A stretch of DNA of 64,000 nucleotides from a virus. The translations under genes and the position numbers were made by a program. Positions 19,817 through 29,913 of this stretch are shown here, piece by piece. Where the stretch lies: the IMG/VR virus record IMGVR_UViG_3300022890_000014, positions 32,001 through 96,000 of that record; one strand, given 5' to 3'. Positions within the stretch are counted from its first letter, which is position 1; every line of letters starts with the position of its first letter. The notes under the pieces are model-generated. The model was not told where the DNA came from. It did no database searches and worked only from the letters and a program-made list of their open reading frames with translations.

Positions 19817-20855
19817 AGTACATAACTTTTCCTGCATCCAGTATGTCTTTTATCTCTGATGCAATAAACCTGTGCTCTTTTCTCACCTCTGCTTCACTTA
19901 TGCCTAGTCTATTAGATATTTCCTTCACTCCATCGAGAGTTTCTTTTCCCTCGAAGTCATCAAAAGTATGTTCCATAACTAGTTGCTGCTTCGGTGTTGC
20001 ACTGTGATACGTAGTAAAAAGAGCTTCAACTGCTGGGTCTGTGTTGCTTGCACCTATCGGACCTAGGTTGTCATCAAGCACCAAGTCTTGTCTTAGCTCC
20101 TGATCTATGGCTTTTAGGTCAGATATTTTCCATCCAAGTTCTTGACGCAGTTCTTGAATTGTGGGGTCTCGATTCTTTTTATCTTTTAGTAGTTCGTATG
20201 CGTTCTGATATACGCCTACTTTAGCTGCCCTTGGTTCAGGTATACTTCCCACGTTCTGATATTTATACCCATACCTGTGAATCTTAGACAGTTGATGCCA
20301 AACATGAGTGTTAAGTGCCGCACCCTTGTTTGGGTTATATGTGTTTATTCCGTGCCTAAGCAGTCTCATTCCTTCTGCTTCTACAGCAGATTTTGGGAGA
20401 GGAGAGTTCTTGACCCAAGGACGAACCCTGCTTCGTACAAGAGGAGTGAAGGAATGCATAAGCTTCCTAAGTGCTCTCTTGTCACCAGTCTTGTTGTACG
20501 ACTTCCAGAGTTCCATCTCTTCATCTTTAGACATACTTGCAGCAGTTTTAATTAGGGAAGGATAGATGCTGTCTTCAATAATGCACTTACCGTTAGCTTC
20601 CTTAGTAAACTCGCATAAAGCCCAATCCTTAGAGGAGTCACCAAGAAACCGTGTGTTCTCATCACACACAACTCTTCCACCATCGAATAGCTCCGAGGCA
20701 AGTTTCATTGTGTGCGTAAGGCTTACGCGGTCACTGCTCCACACCACAAGAGCGCCCTTGCTTGTATCTTCAGGTAGATACATTGCAGACTTCTCTATGC
20801 CGTCCTCTTCTGTCACAAGAAGACCAGCAGTGTGTTTATTCATATATGTATTCAT
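19815..20855 (-). CDS. Phage RNA polymerase sigma factor (sigma70 family, FliA/SigF-like) with N-terminal extension
   Basis: Region 2 'GDKRALRKLMHSFTPLVRSRV...EGMRLLRHGINTYNPNKGAALNTHV', region 3 'RDPTIQELRQELG', region 4 HTH 'KEISNRLGISEAEVR'. Confidence 0.85.
   Translation of the reverse strand: MNTYMNKHTAGLLVTEEDGIEKSAMYLPEDTSKGALVVWSSDRVSLTHTMKLASELFDGGRVVCDENTRFLGDSSKDWALCEFTKEANGKCIIEDSIYPSLIKTAASMSKDEEMELWKSYNKTGDKRALRKLMHSFTPLVRSRVRPWVKNSPLPKSAVEAEGMRLLRHGINTYNPNKGAALNTHVWHQLSKIHRYGYKYQNVGSIPEPRAAKVGVYQNAYELLKDKKNRDPTIQELRQELGWKISDLKAIDQELRQDLVLDDNLGPIGASNTDPAVEALFTTYHSATPKQQLVMEHTFDDFEGKETLDGVKEISNRLGISEAEVRKEHRFIASEIKDILDAGKVMY
20713..20729. repeat. 17-bp palindrome copy (intragenic)
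   Basis: TGCGTAAGGCTTACGCG in the sigma N-terminal extension (RVSLTH). Confidence 0.95.
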
Positions 20856-20856
20856 G

Positions 20857-23778
20857 TCAGCCCTCAAAGCCAACAGATGACGCAAGCTCGAACTGATAAG
20901 TCCTAGCTATCTTCCATCTGTTTTTATTTATGGCAGTAAACCTAGCGTTTATATCTTCGTAGTTCTTAGCGAGAACTTCTCTGGCATTTCCCTTGGCTGC
21001 ACTAGTGAAACCAGGGCCAGTTGCTTTCTCATTAGTATATATGAAGTCTGGAAGTAGACCAGCATGAGTCCAGTATGTAGAAGCGCCTCTTCTCTTTACT
21101 ATCCTTATTTTTGCTTTAGGTGACGTTGATTCATAAAAACCTATTCCATCACCAACAGAAATCCCAACATGCTTCTCTCTTCCTTTCACACTGCCGTATC
21201 TTGGAGATGCAAAGTTAACTTCCTTGAAATGGAACACTATAGCCCCTGGTGTATTCAGTGCAACTTCAACAGATATTCTCTGTAGAGATCTAGAGTACAT
21301 CTCAATAGATCTTCTGCCTGCAAGTTTTACTCCAAAATAATTCTGCGCTGTCCAGTATGTAACACCAGAGCAGTCAGCACCTTTTGCTGGAGCGCCTTCA
21401 TTATCGGAAACATAGTCTTTGTTATGAAACATTGTCTTTGCTTGGAGAAGGAAGTTCTCGCCAGTTCTAGCTTTAGATCCCTTGCCAGCTTTCACTGGTA
21501 GGGTCTTCTTCTGCTTTTTCACTGGTTGCTTGGCAGAAGATGCGGTGGTCTTACTCATGCTGTTGTTAGTTATAGAAGGTTGAACCGTTCCCTTCTCTAT
21601 GTTTGAACCAGTGAATATAGGCGCATCTACATAGGAGAACCTTATGTCATTAGGTCCAACACTATCAGAGTAATAAGAAGAGGCATTTTTTAGCTCACCT
21701 TTGTAGAAGATCTTATTTATCTGCTCTTCAGTGGCTATAGGTCTAAACGTCTTCTTGTATACAAACATATCATGATTACCAGAAGAGAGTGCTGCTCTAT
21801 ACTGATTGCGTAAATCGTTAGCTGCCTTTATGATTCTCTGTCTTTTTTCAACCAAGTGAGCATCAGCACCAGGTTTATTTATGGATACTCTTCCACTTGC
21901 TTGATCATTTGATATTGGATTAAGTGGATTAGTGAAAGATACATTCTCTTTTTTGTTTGCTGCTGTGTTCAACAGAGATGCACACCCAAGCATTTTTGAG
22001 TATACATGCATGCCAATTTGACCACTCGTGAATATCTCATCAAACCATGCTGGAAGAGGTGGTTCTTTTGGTTGTGTCGGTATAGTTAGCTTAGTGTTAT
22101 TTATTTCTTTATCAAAATTTATACTTACTGAATCAAGGTTCCTTGCTAAAGAAAAATCTGCATTACTTTCCCATCTTCCATTAGCATTTACGATATGGTT
22201 GACTCTTGATACATAAGAAACAATATCAAGCTCCATATTGCTATCGTCTATAAATATAGATGGAAATCCTGGTACTAAGCCTGGCTTGAATGCTAATAAT
22301 AAACTAAACGATGTAGCAGAGGCTCTCTTTCTATGGTACTCAAAGTCAGCAAGCCTTGAGATGAATACATTGTAGTCTTTTTTGCCAAGAATACCTTCCT
22401 TTATTTTCTTTGCACCAAAAGATACATCTCTACCTAATAGCTGACTTCCTTTTTCCTGAGTAGTCTTATGAGCCTTAGCGTATGCATGAGACAACAAAAA
22501 TGATGTTGATCCTGGAAGTATAGTTGCATACCCAGGAACAATACCCCTTTCAAGCTCTTCTGCTGATAGATAACTGAATGTTCTTACAGTTGACTTATCT
22601 TTTGTTTTTCCTATAACTTTACCATCAAGGTTAACTATTTCTATTGGAGGTATCTTCTTTGCAGCACCTCCTCTGACATGTTCCTGTAACGTATCTGGCT
22701 TATAAAACGCAGACAACATGGAGAGTTCAGGGTCTTTAAATATTGGACTATTAGGAATTAACTGAAGTCTTGTTATTTCCTTCTGCCAGTTCTCGGAGTA
22801 CCCAACATTAGTAACTTCGCTAGGGAATATAATATTACATGATGGCGGATCAACCATCCATGCAGTAGGCTTTATGATGAAGTTGGCTGGCATATAATCA
22901 CTAAATGGTTCTTTGTCAGCCGTATTATCATATGCTCTAGCATTATTCACTGATACTTTATATATCTCTTTCTCTGTCCAGTACAAAGGTGCTGTCTCGT
23001 TTGACTTCCACTTTCTGTTAGGAACCCAACTTGGATTAGGTAGAGATATTATTTCATGATGAACCATAGCGAGTAGCATATTTAGTACGTTCCATAACGA
23101 CTGAACACCACCACTCTTATTTATCTGCTGTTTTATGTACTGTTGGAATAACTTGTGAGAGAATATAGACTTAGTCATCTTTTGTGTGCTGGCAGAAAAG
23201 ACTCTATCTCCCATCTTTAGTCTAGAGAAGTTCAATGCGAAGAATTCGTTTGAGTTCTTTACATCATCCATTATAGCCGTGACTACATCTACGAAGCTAT
23301 CCTTCTCTCCGGCCTTACCAAAGAAAGAATTAAGCCTAGAGTTAGTGCTTATAAGCTCTCCAGTTATTCTGTTTACTCCAGAGAATATAGCCCTTTGTGC
23401 TGCACCCAAACCTTGTGCTACTTGACTATTCTGATAGTATTGCTTTGCCTGAAGCCAGTACGAGGACATATCCATACAGCTAACAGATACAGCCTTGCTT
23501 CCTTCGCTTCTGTTGTATGATATAGCCTTTGCTTCACCTTCAAACAGGATTCTATAGATTTGTCTTCCTGTTATCATCGTTGCAAAGTGGTCTTTGTAAA
23601 ACACCTCAAAGTTTGTATTAGGGCGTATTCTCATTGCCCCTTTAGTCGGTATCAAGTGGACTACTGCTGTTGATGGAATATTAACTCCCATCGATACACT
23701 AGCGCCAATAAAGGGGACTTCTACACCTTGTATTCTTAGCTTTGCTTCCGAATGTTCTGGTTGTGAAAATAGAGACAT
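20857..23778 (-). CDS. Baseplate hub/tail lysin with NlpC/P60 peptidase domain
   Basis: 'GADCSG...PGAIVFH...KHVGISVGDG' NlpC/P60 Cys-His motif near the C-terminus; hub-like N-terminus; start moved to MSLFSQ after AGGAG. Confidence 0.75.
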   Translation of the reverse strand: MSLFSQPEHSEAKLRIQGVEVPFIGASVSMGVNIPSTAVVHLIPTKGAMRIRPNTNFEVFYKDHFATMITGRQIYRILFEGEAKAISYNRSEGSKAVSVSCMDMSSYWLQAKQYYQNSQVAQGLGAAQRAIFSGVNRITGELISTNSRLNSFFGKAGEKDSFVDVVTAIMDDVKNSNEFFALNFSRLKMGDRVFSASTQKMTKSIFSHKLFQQYIKQQINKSGGVQSLWNVLNMLLAMVHHEIISLPNPSWVPNRKWKSNETAPLYWTEKEIYKVSVNNARAYDNTADKEPFSDYMPANFIIKPTAWMVDPPSCNIIFPSEVTNVGYSENWQKEITRLQLIPNSPIFKDPELSMLSAFYKPDTLQEHVRGGAAKKIPPIEIVNLDGKVIGKTKDKSTVRTFSYLSAEELERGIVPGYATILPGSTSFLLSHAYAKAHKTTQEKGSQLLGRDVSFGAKKIKEGILGKKDYNVFISRLADFEYHRKRASATSFSLLLAFKPGLVPGFPSIFIDDSNMELDIVSYVSRVNHIVNANGRWESNADFSLARNLDSVSINFDKEINNTKLTIPTQPKEPPLPAWFDEIFTSGQIGMHVYSKMLGCASLLNTAANKKENVSFTNPLNPISNDQASGRVSINKPGADAHLVEKRQRIIKAANDLRNQYRAALSSGNHDMFVYKKTFRPIATEEQINKIFYKGELKNASSYYSDSVGPNDIRFSYVDAPIFTGSNIEKGTVQPSITNNSMSKTTASSAKQPVKKQKKTLPVKAGKGSKARTGENFLLQAKTMFHNKDYVSDNEGAPAKGADCSGVTYWTAQNYFGVKLAGRRSIEMYSRSLQRISVEVALNTPGAIVFHFKEVNFASPRYGSVKGREKHVGISVGDGIGFYESTSPKAKIRIVKRRGASTYWTHAGLLPDFIYTNEKATGPGFTSAAKGNAREVLAKNYEDINARFTAINKNRWKIARTYQFELASSVGFEG

Positions 23779-23787
23779 ACTCTCTCC

Positions 23788-23804
23788 TGCGTAAGCCTTA
23801 CGCA
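23788..23804. repeat. 17-bp palindrome copy
   Basis: Perfect, intergenic; degenerate second copy at about 23808-23823. Confidence 0.95.
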
Positions 23805-23838
23805 GCAACGCAAGGCTTACATGATTCGTCTTATACAG

Positions 23839-24942
23839 CTATCGACCTGGTTGACTTGCTTCTTCTTTCTTTATTGCATCGTCTATTTCTTTTTGAAGAC
23901 TAGGCTTTCCAATCTTTCCAATTCTCTGCTTAGTCATTCTTATAGCACCAGACCGTCTTTCTGTTGCTCCGTATGTCTTTGCGAAATTACTTCTAACAAG
24001 TTCATACGCAATAGGAGTTCGCTTACTCTTGTATTTCATACCAAGCTTCCTTACTTCATTTATAATGGGAGAGCTTGAGATGAAGCCGTTATTAGTTATA
24101 ATAATAGAGAAGGCGAATGGCACAGCGTTGGGTGATGATGCCTTTCTAGACTGAGAAGTGTTGAGTATATAGCCTGATATTGCTATATCTTCAAACGTCA
24201 TGAACACTTCACCACCCATCTTAACACACTGTGACCCTCTTAGGAACTGAGAGTACATAGACATAAACTCAGAAGACCAGTTCTGATTATGAGTATTTAG
24301 TAGTCTTCCTCTGAATGTCCATACTTCTGGGTCTCCATCAAAGAAGTTGATTCGGTAAGACCTAAAGGTTCTATGTATCTGGTATTTCTCAGAAGATGAT
24401 ATAGATACATCCTCAAGCATAAACCTGGTGTATTCAGGCATTATAGTCCTGTAAGACTTGGACCTTCTGCCTAGACCAGTCAACACCTGAATAGATGCTA
24501 TCGGAAATCTATTCTTCTCTTCTACTATTCGATACAGACCACTTCTGTAGTCATCTAGAAATCTATCTTTATATAGAGAGGTTGCATTAGATGAGTACAC
24601 AATACCCGTGTTCTCTGCTATCTCTGTATATGATTTATCATCTTGGAAGTCAAACGAAAGAACCGCTCCTGCTTTCTTCTTTGCAAGATTAAGTCTATCA
24701 CCCCTAGGCATCGGTGCGGGGATTATATCTTCGTTCTTATCTCCACTCATAGATGGAAGGAACACACTTTGTTGAGCCGAACTATCCCTTCTTGCTGTCA
24801 TCTGACCATTTACACGATTCATTATCGTTGATGCAGGAGAAGGATTGCTCCAGATACTACCAGAGACATGCTTGGTGCCTCTTGGTGAATCTACAAGTGC
24901 GCTTACCTTTCCTAATAAACTATTTGTTTGCAGGGAAGCCAT
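23839..24942 (-). CDS. Tail tube initiator/baseplate hub-like protein
   Basis: Lies between tape measure and hub; tube-fold-like C-terminal half (EKYQI..TF...FF.G.P....F.G.L). Confidence 0.5.
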   Translation of the reverse strand: MASLQTNSLLGKVSALVDSPRGTKHVSGSIWSNPSPASTIMNRVNGQMTARRDSSAQQSVFLPSMSGDKNEDIIPAPMPRGDRLNLAKKKAGAVLSFDFQDDKSYTEIAENTGIVYSSNATSLYKDRFLDDYRSGLYRIVEEKNRFPIASIQVLTGLGRRSKSYRTIMPEYTRFMLEDVSISSSEKYQIHRTFRSYRINFFDGDPEVWTFRGRLLNTHNQNWSSEFMSMYSQFLRGSQCVKMGGEVFMTFEDIAISGYILNTSQSRKASSPNAVPFAFSIIITNNGFISSSPIINEVRKLGMKYKSKRTPIAYELVRSNFAKTYGATERRSGAIRMTKQRIGKIGKPSLQKEIDDAIKKEEASQPGR

Positions 24943-24955
24943 TGAATATTCCTTA

Positions 24956-24972
24956 TGCGTAAGGCTTACGCA
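24956..24972. repeat. 17-bp palindrome copy
   Basis: Perfect, intergenic. Confidence 0.95.
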
Positions 24973-24975
24973 GTA

Positions 24976-27900
24976 TTATTTTCCACCCTTGATTCCTAGT
25001 CTGGAGAGTATTGAACCCATACCTTTTTGAGTAGAGCGTATGAGTTTTAGTTGCTGGTTCATAAGTTCTATCTGCTTCTTGGCTACAGCAGAGAATGCAC
25101 CTGCTGCGCCACCTGTTACTCTTTCTCCAGCCTTTGTTCCAGATAAAGAAGCAAGCCAGTTGGCTCTTATATTTACTTTTTCGTTTTTACCTTTTAGTCG
25201 AATGATATTTCTTAACGTTCCTAATCTTTCTGCTCCAGTTCTAAACTTTCCTAGTACTTTGTCTATTGATGCCATCTGATCTTTATACTGATTCATTCCA
25301 AGAAGTTTATTCTTTAAGGTTATATATCTAGTCTGAGCCTCTTTGTCTGTCTTAAACTTTAGATTTCCTGGATCAATCAATTCCTTTATTTCAGTTATAT
25401 TTTGAGCGCCCTCAAGAAGATCTCCTTTCTGAATCTTAGATATATCCTTTAGACCAAGCACGAACTTGCCAGCTTTACCATAAGCGCCACCACTAGCAGC
25501 CATTATTTTAGCGGTTTGAAGGTATTTATCTTTAGTCATCATTTCAGTTAGCTCATCCATACCTCCGGCAACATTTGTTGGTAACTCTTTAATGGCTTGA
25601 ACAAGGTCTGTGAAAGATCTTTGAGTTGCGCTACCTGTAGAGCCAGCTATGTGCTTATTGATATTTGCATATCCTGTTGAGTCTGCTGTCATACCAAAGC
25701 TCATCTTTCTTACCATATCTGCTGAAATAGCTTGTCTTGAAGAGAATGCCATCCATCCACGAGCGTCCTTGACATTACTTAGTAGCTTTCCAGAGACATC
25801 CTTCATTCCAACTACTTTTCTACCAAGACTGTCTCCTAGTGTTGTTGCATCCCATGTTCCACCAGTAACAGTATTTCCTTTTTTCTTCAATCCACTATAT
25901 GCGGCATTAACAAGCTGAAGGATTCCTTTTCTGCTACCTTCTGGCATACTTTTAGCAACTGACTGAACTTTATTTGCTAGATAAGATACTCTGTTTGCTG
26001 TGTCAACATCTGTTTTTCCGCTCGTAATGAGACCGAATAATTCACCCATGTCAATTTTTGTCTCTGAAGATGTGGACTTAGCTGCTCTTGCGAAGCTAGT
26101 TCCAAATACAGTAGATAATGGAGCATCTGTTCTTTTCCCGTGTTTATTACTCCAGAATCCAGTATCTGACACCATAGAACTAATTTTATTATAGCTAGAT
26201 TCTTGCTTCTCTATCAGCCCTTTAGTATAAGATGAATCTATAAGGTTTAGTCCATCATCAAAATCTTTATCTAATGATGTTCCTGAGTACCCAAGTAGAG
26301 CACCCGCTGTTTCTTGGTCGGAGCTTGAATTCCCAGATATAATTCCATGTTTTCTAGCAACTGCTAGAGCAGATCTTGTATTAGCTGAATCCATACCGCC
26401 AAGCTCTGCTGATGCAGCCGCCCAGCTTGAAGAACGAGATAATTTTTTAAGCCTGCCAGAAGTTAGACTGTCAAATCTTGAGTATCCAGCAGATACCCTC
26501 CTTGACATATCTATCTCTTTTCTGACTCCCCTTTGAACCTGAAGCAGAGTAGAATCACTCAAGTCACCTATGTCTGATCCACCGTGAGGACCAGTAATTC
26601 TTACTTTTTTAACCCACTCTGGAGAATTTTCACCATGCTTGTTATATATATAGTGTGCCCTACTGACAACATCACCGAAATTCTCGCTTATAGCCTCTCT
26701 TCTGATGCCTCCGATAGCAGAATCTTTATCAGACATTCCTGATGCATCACCCCATCCTGCATTCATATTCAGCATGTCACTGGTAACAGAATATCTAGAT
26801 CTACCAGACACGCTATCTTTAAAGTTTCTCCACCCTTTGCCAATGCTGTTTACCCCATCTCCTATAGGATCTGATATATCGTGCCTAAAGCCTCTTCTAA
26901 AAGAATCGTATCCTGAACTTATGCTTCTTCCTAGACCTGTAAGTCCAGACCTATAAGATAAGCCACCAATCAGCCCTCTGTCTGTTGCAGCTAGTTCTGA
27001 TTTATTTGCAGCATCATAAATTCTATTTATTGTGCCATCCATTTGTTTTGCATATATTTCTGGGTTCATAAGCCTAGTAGACATAACTCTTGCTAGAGAT
27101 GTGCTCATTCCAAATTGATTCTTAAATCCAGCAGCAAGATTTGTTTGATTTACTGCCATGCCAGACATATTAAGAGAGCGTACAACCAAGGCGCTCATAA
27201 GAGCTTGTTGCTGCTGTGGATCTATTGAGCTTGCTAGCTTATCTCTGTTTGCGTTGAAGTCAGACATACTTTGCTTTCCACCAGCAGCAACACCAGAAGC
27301 CATACTCATCATTTTTGCTGTGCTTATGTCTCCAGATATGATCCCATTTATTACATTAGAGTCAATCTTTCCACCCTTATATGCGGCTGCAAGCACCACA
27401 CTACCCATAGAGCTATTAGCAAATGCTGCTTGATGAGCACCCATGCTTTTTGCTGCCCCACCTGCTCCACCAATCATTGCCATATCTTTCTTGGAAATCA
27501 TACCAGCTGCAAACATTGTCCCTACATCGGAAGCAGCTTGCATACCAAACTTAGCGCCAGTGTATCTGCTCATTCCTGCGCTTTGAAATGCATTAGCGGT
27601 TGAATTTGCAACACCTGTCATTCCCTGTGTTCCTAATCCAGACAATGCACCTGATGAGCCTAGGTTAGCTGCCATAGACATTGGATTTGCGCCTGGAGCT
27701 AGCTTCTCTATGCTTTTCATAGTATCTATGGCTTCTTTTATACTTTTATCGAATGCCATAGCAAAATCTTTTACTTGCTTTGCTTTTGCAGAGAATGCCT
27801 CCCTGAACTTCTTTGTTGATATATTTGGGTCTTTGAATATCTTGTTTCCAAAGTTGTGCAGAATTTCACTAGCACCACCAACACCAATGTCAAACTTACC

Positions 27901-28578
27901 ACCTGACTCTCTATCCATACCATAAGCTGTGTCTTGTATGTAGCTAGCCATATCCCTTCTCTCTCTTTGAGAAAAGTTGGCACCTTTAAACATATTTCCG
28001 TGTTGACCAGAATATGTGCCTATAGAACTAGCAAGCTTGTTTCGTTGAGCCATGTCATTTCCGACTGCCTCGACAACTGCATCAACTGCCATGTATGGTA
28101 AAACCATAGCTGTAAGGCTACCAGCAACGCCACCGATGACCTTGCCTAGTCCACCAAAGCCGACCCTTCCAGCCATAGCAGAACCAGCACTATATCCAGC
28201 ACTCATTCCAGGAGCTATTTTTCCAACTGCTCCCCATCCAGCAGCGGTAGCACCTGTGTACATTGCTGCGCCAGTAGCGGCACTTGCTCCATTTATAGAC
28301 GGGTCATTAAATATTGCGGCTGCATTAACTACACCTGAATGCATTCCTGATGTTGTGTTAAATGCTGCTTGGTTCATTGCTCTATACTGAGCATGAGCGC
28401 CCATAAAAGAATTGTATGAACCTTGCATACTTGGAACAACGTAACCCGCTCCTTGTTGCAACGATCCATAAGCGCCGCTCATAGACTGACCAGCCATGTT
28501 CATAGCGTTAGACATGGTGGCCTGAGCAGATGAAAGGTCTACTTCTAGATCGTACTTAATTCTTTCTTTATAAGCCAT
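24976..28578 (-). CDS. Tail tape measure protein
   Basis: 1200 aa, A/G/S/M-rich helical with a hydrophobic Gly-rich segment; directly follows a frameshifted chaperone pair. Confidence 0.8.
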   Translation of the reverse strand: MAYKERIKYDLEVDLSSAQATMSNAMNMAGQSMSGAYGSLQQGAGYVVPSMQGSYNSFMGAHAQYRAMNQAAFNTTSGMHSGVVNAAAIFNDPSINGASAATGAAMYTGATAAGWGAVGKIAPGMSAGYSAGSAMAGRVGFGGLGKVIGGVAGSLTAMVLPYMAVDAVVEAVGNDMAQRNKLASSIGTYSGQHGNMFKGANFSQRERRDMASYIQDTAYGMDRESGGKFDIGVGGASEILHNFGNKIFKDPNISTKKFREAFSAKAKQVKDFAMAFDKSIKEAIDTMKSIEKLAPGANPMSMAANLGSSGALSGLGTQGMTGVANSTANAFQSAGMSRYTGAKFGMQAASDVGTMFAAGMISKKDMAMIGGAGGAAKSMGAHQAAFANSSMGSVVLAAAYKGGKIDSNVINGIISGDISTAKMMSMASGVAAGGKQSMSDFNANRDKLASSIDPQQQQALMSALVVRSLNMSGMAVNQTNLAAGFKNQFGMSTSLARVMSTRLMNPEIYAKQMDGTINRIYDAANKSELAATDRGLIGGLSYRSGLTGLGRSISSGYDSFRRGFRHDISDPIGDGVNSIGKGWRNFKDSVSGRSRYSVTSDMLNMNAGWGDASGMSDKDSAIGGIRREAISENFGDVVSRAHYIYNKHGENSPEWVKKVRITGPHGGSDIGDLSDSTLLQVQRGVRKEIDMSRRVSAGYSRFDSLTSGRLKKLSRSSSWAAASAELGGMDSANTRSALAVARKHGIISGNSSSDQETAGALLGYSGTSLDKDFDDGLNLIDSSYTKGLIEKQESSYNKISSMVSDTGFWSNKHGKRTDAPLSTVFGTSFARAAKSTSSETKIDMGELFGLITSGKTDVDTANRVSYLANKVQSVAKSMPEGSRKGILQLVNAAYSGLKKKGNTVTGGTWDATTLGDSLGRKVVGMKDVSGKLLSNVKDARGWMAFSSRQAISADMVRKMSFGMTADSTGYANINKHIAGSTGSATQRSFTDLVQAIKELPTNVAGGMDELTEMMTKDKYLQTAKIMAASGGAYGKAGKFVLGLKDISKIQKGDLLEGAQNITEIKELIDPGNLKFKTDKEAQTRYITLKNKLLGMNQYKDQMASIDKVLGKFRTGAERLGTLRNIIRLKGKNEKVNIRANWLASLSGTKAGERVTGGAAGAFSAVAKKQIELMNQQLKLIRSTQKGMGSILSRLGIKGGK

Positions 28579-28588
28579 TCAATCTACA

Positions 28589-28605
28589 TGCGTAAGCCTT
28601 ACGCA
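28589..28605. repeat. 17-bp palindrome copy (supplies stop codon)
   Basis: Perfect. Confidence 0.95.
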
Positions 28606-28982
28606 TTCCTTTTTTTGGTTGGGATTTTTCTTTTTCTTAGCCCTTGATTTCTAGGCTTTGCGGCAGGAGTTATAGTGATTGGTCCGGCTTTTGCCTGAGT
28701 CTCAACCAACTTTCTTGTAGCAGCGTCTTTCTTTTGCTGGTCTCTATTAGCTCTTGGACTAGCAAACTTTATGTACTCTTTCTGAGCTTCCCTTATGTTC
28801 TCTGATGACACTCCAGTACTAGAAGCAGATGCGACAAATACAGCATGTGATATTTTCTCATTCTGTAAATCGCTTAATGCCCTGTGTGCAAGCTCTTCCA
28901 TAAGGGTTCCTGGGACAACTGGGCCATACGTCCCCATTAGAACTAGCCTAGATACAGACCACCCTTCAGGGGACTCTATCAG
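28599..28982 (-). CDS. Tail assembly chaperone C-terminal (-1 frameshift) extension, gpGT-like
   Basis: The -1 frame is open from the slippery site A AAA AAC (28982-28988) into ORF 28599..28937; no SD before the internal ATG. Confidence 0.7.
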   Translation of the reverse strand: MIESPEGWSVSRLVLMGTYGPVVPGTLMEELAHRALSDLQNEKISHAVFVASASSTGVSSENIREAQKEYIKFASPRANRDQQKKDAATRKLVETQAKAGPITITPAAKPRNQGLRKRKIPTKKRNA

Positions 28983-29815
28983 TTTTTTATTTTTTCTTCC
29001 GTATCAATCTTATTCTCAATGCTTCTCTCAAGTAGAGATTGCTTGGAACTAAGCCTGACAAGCATTTGTTGCCCAAGGTTGTTCATTCTCTTCAGTTTTT
29101 TATTGAACGCTTCAACTACTTCTGCACTATTCTCTTTACTACTGGGGGTGCCCATATCTTTGCCATCTAGCCTTGTGAGACTAAACACCATTTGAAATAG
29201 CGATTGTTTATTAGAGTAGTCGTTGGAGTTGGCTACGACACCAGCTTCAACAAGCTCCGCTATCCGTTCGTTAATATATGAGATTTCTCCACCATCAAGA
29301 CTCTGCCACGTAGTTCCGATTCTTCCTACTGGAATATCCTTAATTATCTTTCCACCGACCATGTATGACAAGATCTCACCATCAGTAATTTCAATCATAG
29401 ACTTGTCTTCTAGTAGAGTTCCGCAGTGTTTGCATAACACAGAGCCGTCTTCTAGTTTCTCAAGTGGATTGTTTTCATCTTCCTTGTCGTCTTCTTCAGC
29501 AAAGATACTTGGTATTCCTTCAGGTGAATTGATTTTATTGTCAGCAACAGTGCTAACCATTCCGTCTAAACCGAAGCCTACATCGCCACCATCCAAAGAC
29601 ACGGTTTCTGGAGTATGCATTTCTCCATAATCAGTGTCTTTTTCGTACTGACTACCGCCTCTTGCTGGCTGCATTCTGCTTTGGTCTTGCCCAATAGCCT
29701 CGCCGATTCTGCTAGCAAGACCCTCAGAATGCTCACTCATCTTTTCTGACATCTCAGCTATCTTCTTACTACTTAGAAAGCTGGAACCTGGAAGATTACT
29801 GTTACTATTTCCCAT
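28979..29815 (-). CDS. Tail assembly chaperone (gpG-like)
   Basis: Two genes upstream of the tape measure; ends in the slippery heptamer immediately before TGA. Confidence 0.7.
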   Translation of the reverse strand: MGNSNSNLPGSSFLSSKKIAEMSEKMSEHSEGLASRIGEAIGQDQSRMQPARGGSQYEKDTDYGEMHTPETVSLDGGDVGFGLDGMVSTVADNKINSPEGIPSIFAEEDDKEDENNPLEKLEDGSVLCKHCGTLLEDKSMIEITDGEILSYMVGGKIIKDIPVGRIGTTWQSLDGGEISYINERIAELVEAGVVANSNDYSNKQSLFQMVFSLTRLDGKDMGTPSSKENSAEVVEAFNKKLKRMNNLGQQMLVRLSSKQSLLERSIENKIDTEEKIKN

Positions 29816-29858
29816 AACTAGACTCTCCTTAATTTGGTAACATTATATCATATATAGT

Positions 29859-29882
29859 GGTATAATATATATAGAGGAAGAA
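29859..29882 (+). promoter_or_regulatory. Phage promoter motif GGTATAA-N5-ATAGAGGAAGAA
   Basis: TGGTATAAT extended -10; matches the 19409 copy. Confidence 0.6.
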
Positions 29883-29913
29883 ATAATTCTAACATAATAA
29901 GGGGTGTTTATCA

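Noticed and set aside
21807-21822. TGCGTAAATCG half-site in the hub gene
   Set aside because: Only 7 bp match with no second arm; not counted
631-28390. Many plus-strand ORFs of 60-195 aa in the tail module
   Set aside because: Antisense shadows of long minus-strand genes; no SD or recognisable motifs
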